From Prevotella phage Lak-C1, in sequence record MK250029.1: a stretch of DNA of 32,000 bases; one strand, given 5' to 3'. Under the pieces are notes generated by a model, which made no database searches, had not been told where the DNA came from, and saw nothing but the letters and a program-made list of their open reading frames with translations. A program made the translations under genes and the position numbers. Of the stretch, positions 27,960-32,000 are shown piece by piece (position 1 is the stretch's first letter; every line of letters starts with the position of its first letter).

Positions 27960-28439
27960 ATGGAAGAGAATAAGAAAGAGCATCCTATTATTGTGAAGTA
28001 TAATAATCTTATTAAGGATGCAATGAAGGCTCATGAGAAAGCGAAACTTAATACATATAAGTTGGTAAAAGCTCGTATGCTTGAGTATAAAACTGGTGCT
28101 GCAGATCAAGATGGAAATTACCCTGTTCTTGATGAGAAAACAGAAATTCAGATTCTTAACAAAATGGTTAAGGAACTTCAGGGCGATATTAAAACTCGTC
28201 TATCTGTAGGTAGAACAGAAGAAGCATCAGAATTTACTGAACAGATGAATTACATCAAAGAATTGCTTCCAAAGATGGCATCAGAAGATGAAGTAAAAAC
28301 TGTAATTGAAAAATATATTGCAGATAATGGTAATTATACACAGAAAGAAATGGGTAAAGTTATCGGTTTTGTAAGAAGTCAATTTAAGTTAGTTGATGGT
28401 GCGATGGTTTCAAATATGGTTAAGTCTTATATTGCATAA
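27960..28439 (+). CDS. GatB/YqeY-domain-like protein
   Basis: NLIKDAMKAHEKAKLNTYKLVKARMLEYK...EFTEQMNYIKELLPKMASEDEVKTVIEKYIADNG...KEMGKVIGFVRSQF...VDGAMVSNMVKSYI follows the YqeY pattern. Confidence 0.8.
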   Translation: MEENKKEHPIIVKYNNLIKDAMKAHEKAKLNTYKLVKARMLEYKTGAADQDGNYPVLDEKTEIQILNKMVKELQGDIKTRLSVGRTEEASEFTEQMNYIKELLPKMASEDEVKTVIEKYIADNGNYTQKEMGKVIGFVRSQFKLVDGAMVSNMVKSYIA

Positions 28440-28464
28440 TAATATAAGAATAAAATAATTTAAT

Positions 28465-28501
28465 AATGTGGATATATTCATGATATTGGTATATCCACAT
28501 T
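28465..28501 (+). terminator. Rho-independent terminator
   Basis: AATGTGGATATA / TATATCCACATT followed by TTTTTATTAT. Confidence 0.8.
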
Positions 28502-28575
28502 TTTTATTATATAGACAGTTTATATATTTTTATATATAATTTTTATAAAATTATAGTTATTAAGTATGATCAATA

Positions 28576-30000
28576 ATGATGAAGAATGTATAGAATTTAC
28601 AAGGAAAAGGACTTAAAATCATATCTTTAAATAACACATGTCCAGATTTTCTTACATATATAAGAAATAGATTTAATGACACTACAGGTAATGAAATGGT
28701 TAGAGAATTAATTTATAGAATTGAATATGAAATAGAAGAGCATCCTAAATGTCCAGTATGTGGAAAACCTCTTGCATTTTATAAACGAGAATGGAAATAT
28801 AAAAGTTTCTGTTCTCAAGAATGTAAAAATTCAGATAAAGGTAAAGAAATAATACAATAGAAAACAGTAGAAACAAATTTAAAACGATATGGATGTGAAG
28901 TTAGTTCATAGAATAAAGAAGTAAAAGAAAAAATGAAGCAAACATGTTTAGAAAAATATGGTGTTGATTGTACTCTTAAAGATAATGATATAAAAAATAA
29001 AACAATAAATACATGGTTATTAAATTATGGGGTTTCACACCCACATAAATCAGATAAAATTAAATAGAAGATTAAAGAAACATGTTTAGAAAAATATGGT
29101 GTAAATAATCCATTTGAATTAAAAGAAATACGTAATAAAGCAAAATAGACATGTTTAAAAAAGTATGGTGTTGAATATGCTATGCAAAATGAACAAATTA
29201 AAAAGAAAAATAAAGATACATGTTTAAATAATTATGGTGTTGAATATGTCACTCAAACTGAATTATTTAAATAGAAATCTAAAGAATCATGTTTAAATCG
29301 ATATGGTACTGAATATGTAATGTAGTCTGATTTATTTAAGAAACGCACAAAGCAAACATGTTTAGAAAAATATGGAGTTGAATATATTATGCAATCAGAT
29401 ATATTTAAATAGAAATCTAAGCAAACATGCATAGAAAAATATGGAGTTGAATATCCAATACAATCAGATATATTTAAATAGAAATCTAAACAAACATGTT
29501 TAAATCATTTTGGATGTGAATACCCAGCGTAGAATAAAGAGATTATGTTAAAAGTATTTAATACACGTATTAAATTAAGTAAAGGAAAATGCTTTTCAAA
29601 AAAAGAAAATGAAATATATGATTATTTAATTACATTAGATAAAGATACTAAAAGATAGTATTATTCAGAATTATATCCATTTCATTGTGATTTTTATTTA
29701 CCTAAATATGATTTATACATAGAATATCAAGGTATGTGGACGCATGGAAAACACCCTTTTAATAAAAATGATGAAAATGATATAGAAATACTTAATAATT
29801 GGAAAATTAAATCAGAAGCAAGTAAATTTTATAAAAGCGCTATACAAAATTGGACTATAACCGATCCATTGAAAAGAAAAACAGCGAAAGATAATAAATT
29901 AAATTATTTAGAACTATTTCCTAATGATTTATATAAAGATAAGATAAATAATTACTTAAATAAGTTAATATTGAAAATAAATATTAAAAATATATATTAA
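28576..30000 (+). CDS. Repeat-containing endonuclease (homing-type, Vsr/REase-fold-like C-terminus), TAG-recoded
   Basis: Continuous 474-aa frame with TAG sense: zinc-finger CPVCGKPLAFYKREWKYKSFCSQECK, then tandem TCLEKYGVEYxxQSDxFKQKSKQ repeats, then FHCDFYLPKYDLYIEYQGMWTHGKHPF nuclease-like core. Confidence 0.8.
28884..29545 (+). repeat. Roughly 10 degenerate in-frame repeats of about 66-72 nt encoding (T/S)CLxxYGVEYxxQSxxFKxKxK
   Basis: Repeated acatgtttagaaaaatatggtgttgaatat...tctgatatatttaaatag and variants. Confidence 0.8.
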
Positions 30001-30005
30001 CTTAA

Positions 30006-30743
30006 ATGACAAGATCTGAATTTATAGAATACCTAAAATCAGAAATTACAATGAGTGGTACTATCAATATATCTTTACCTGATAAAGAATATAATAGAAT
30101 TATTGACCGAGAACTAAATATGATTTATGAACTCTATGTAGAAAGTGTTAAATATGATAAATGTGTAATACCAAGAGATGTATTTTATTCATAGGAATTT
30201 AGAAAGAATAGGTGTATTAAGTTTCCGGATTGTGTTTTAAGTGTTGTTCAATTTATGGAGCTCAAACGTAAAAATTCCATGTGGGGTATTGCAGACCCGG
30301 ATTTATCATGGAATCGAATGTTTCAGACAGATATGTGGATGGGACCATAGATGGCAATGGATACTGTTATGTTTAGGACTATATAGTGGTCTAATTGGGA
30401 TTAGTTGAAGCAGTTTAATTTGGTTGATATAAAGCATAGATGGAATAGACCTACACATTAGTTATTTGTAACTGGACATGATCCATATAATGATGTATAT
30501 TGTGAATTAGCAACAAAGGTAGATGATTAGGATTTATTTGAAGATCCTTGGGTTAGACAATGGATTGCAGCTAAGTGTAAATTATAGGTAGTAAAGAAAT
30601 TAGGTACATTTACAGTAACAGCGATAGGTGGTGTAACAGTAAATACTGGAACATATTCTGAAGAAGCGAATAATGATATAAATGATTGTAAGGAATATTG
30701 GAAAAATCTTTAGTAGGCCGACTTTTTCGAAACTGGTTATTAA
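30006..30743 (+). CDS. Putative virion structural protein (neck/connector-like?), TAG-recoded
   Basis: MTRSEFIEYLKSEI...VFYSQEFRKNRCIKFPDCVLSVVQFMELKRKNSMWGIADPDLSWNRMFQTDMWMGPQMAMDTVMFRTIQWSNWDQLKQFNLVDIKHRWN... to TAA; lies between two structural-like genes. Function inferred from context only. Confidence 0.55.
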
Positions 30744-30769
30744 TTTAATGATTATTAATATATGTGATA

Positions 30770-30811
30770 ATAGGATATTATATTTTAGATGATTAAAATA
30801 TAGTATCCTAT
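30770..30811 (+). terminator. Long stem-loop terminator
   Basis: ATAGGATATTATATTTTA / TAAAATATAGTATCCTAT (18-bp stem with one G-T), followed by ATTTTTATAAA. Confidence 0.75.
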
Positions 30812-30859
30812 ATTTTTATAAAATAAATAATGTAAATTTAATAATAGATTTAAATAACA

Positions 30860-32000
30860 ATGGGATATAAAAGATATGGTAGTAGTGAGTCTGTGCCAAC
30901 GTTTAATGATGATAATAATGGAGAAGCTGTTTCAAATGGCATTTTAAAAAATTCATCAAAGAAAGAAATATATTTTGGTATTAAGAAACCAAAATCTGCT
31001 GCAGATTCAGATAAACCTTGGCGAGAATTAACAACAGATGATTTTAATACATAGATAACAAGTGAAACTACTGGATGTTCTGCAACAATAACGTAGAATA
31101 CTAATGATTTGACAAATAAAACAGGTATAATAACATATACATTATCTAAAAATACAACAGGTAGTGCGAGATTAATAACATTTAAATATAATGGTACTGA
31201 ATTATTTAAAATAAATTAGGATGCTGATGATAATATTTATGTGTATTTTAGAAAATGGAAAGTACCTGTCTCATATTATGAACATTATATTGTATGTACC
31301 CAAACTGATTTTAATATAGTTTTTATACATAATTTAGATTCAATATCAGGTGCGATTATTAATACTAACAAAACAACAGATGTTGTTTTATATCATGTCA
31401 CTAATAATAAAGATATTAGTAATATTTTTTTGAATAAAACAATAAAAACACTTATATCAAATAATACATTAACATATGTTACTGGGAAAGAATTTAGTAA
31501 TGATGAAAATGAATTAATAGAAGCACCAATAAAAATAATACACATGTATAGAAATGTTCAACTTCAATTAAATGATGTTACAGATAATAGCAAAATGTAT
31601 GTATATGGTGGGAGACAAGATTCAACACAAGGTGATCAAATTAATTTTGATTTTTTAACCAATGAATTATATAATACTATAGATTGGTCTAATACTAATA
31701 ATGATGATGATGTTAGGTCTATTGGAAAATATAAATTAAATAGTACAACAAAGTATACAGTAATATGGGATCTTCAAAATGGTAATATAAATGGTAATAC
31801 ATCTAGTATTCAAGATATTGTTAATTCTGGAGATACTGTAAGTTTTTCAAAATATAAACCTGTTAGAACAAATTATATATTTAATGGTTGGTCTAGTAAT
31901 ATTTCAGCAACATCTGGAAGTACAGTAGGAAATTCAGCACCAATTACATAGCATACAACATTTTTTGCTATTTGGAAATAGCTTAATAAAACAGTTACAT
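30860..32000 (+). CDS. Partial structural/adhesin protein with BACON-like module and InlB B-repeat-like (Flg_new) domain, TAG-recoded
   Basis: MGYKRYGSSESVPTFNDDNNGEAVSNG...TGCSATITQNTNDLTNKTGIITYTLSKNTTGSARLITFKYNGTELFKINQD...YTVIWDLQNGNINGNTSSIQDIVNSGDTVSFSKYKPVRTNYIFNGWSSNISATSGSTVGNSAPITQHTTFFAIW; open at window end. Confidence 0.75.

Noticed and set aside
28884-29545. CRISPR-like array or DNA satellite
   Set aside because: Repeats have no regular repeat-spacer structure, are in frame and encode conserved protein motifs. They are protein repeats.
1-32000. tRNA genes, including the suppressor tRNA-CUA required for TAG decoding
   Set aside because: No convincing cloverleaf or T-loop (GGTTCRANYCC-like) sequence was found by eye. 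A tRNAscan/ARAGORN run is needed. The suppressor tRNA is presumably outside this window.

Overview
This 32 kb AT-rich window looks like part of a large tailed-phage (or prophage) genome, probably from a Bacteroidales host. Its strongest global feature is that TAG is read as a sense codon, most likely Gln (genetic code 15 type). Many apparently broken ORFs become continuous, recognisable proteins when TAG is read through, and they end in TAA or TGA. Recognisable content: a partial radical SAM protein, HAD-like hydrolase, TAG-containing P-loop kinase-like protein, three adhesin/fibre-like structural proteins, DinG/XPD-like helicase, two tandem glycosyltransferase-like paralogs, ferredoxin-thioredoxin-reductase-like CPC protein, NADAR/YbiA-like protein, NAD-dependent DNA ligase, endonuclease V-like protein, 2H-phosphoesterase-like candidate, ART-like candidate, CorA-like transporter, GatB/YqeY-like protein, and a repeat-rich HNH/homing-type nuclease. 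The best leads are: (1) a reconstructed 672-aa protein (5042-7060) with two tandem C-type-lectin/Lcl_C-like domains. Their 'YWSSR...GYI...' segments look like diversity-generating retroelement variable regions, and a hairpin sits at the 3' end of the second. No RT or template repeat is in the window. (2) Internal, same-gene evidence for TAG=Gln, with TAG near the start codons of some genes, which could gate their expression. (3) A set of small accessory genes that may relate to NAD/ADP-ribose or cyclic-nucleotide counter-defence. All functional calls come from reading motifs by eye; no database search was run.
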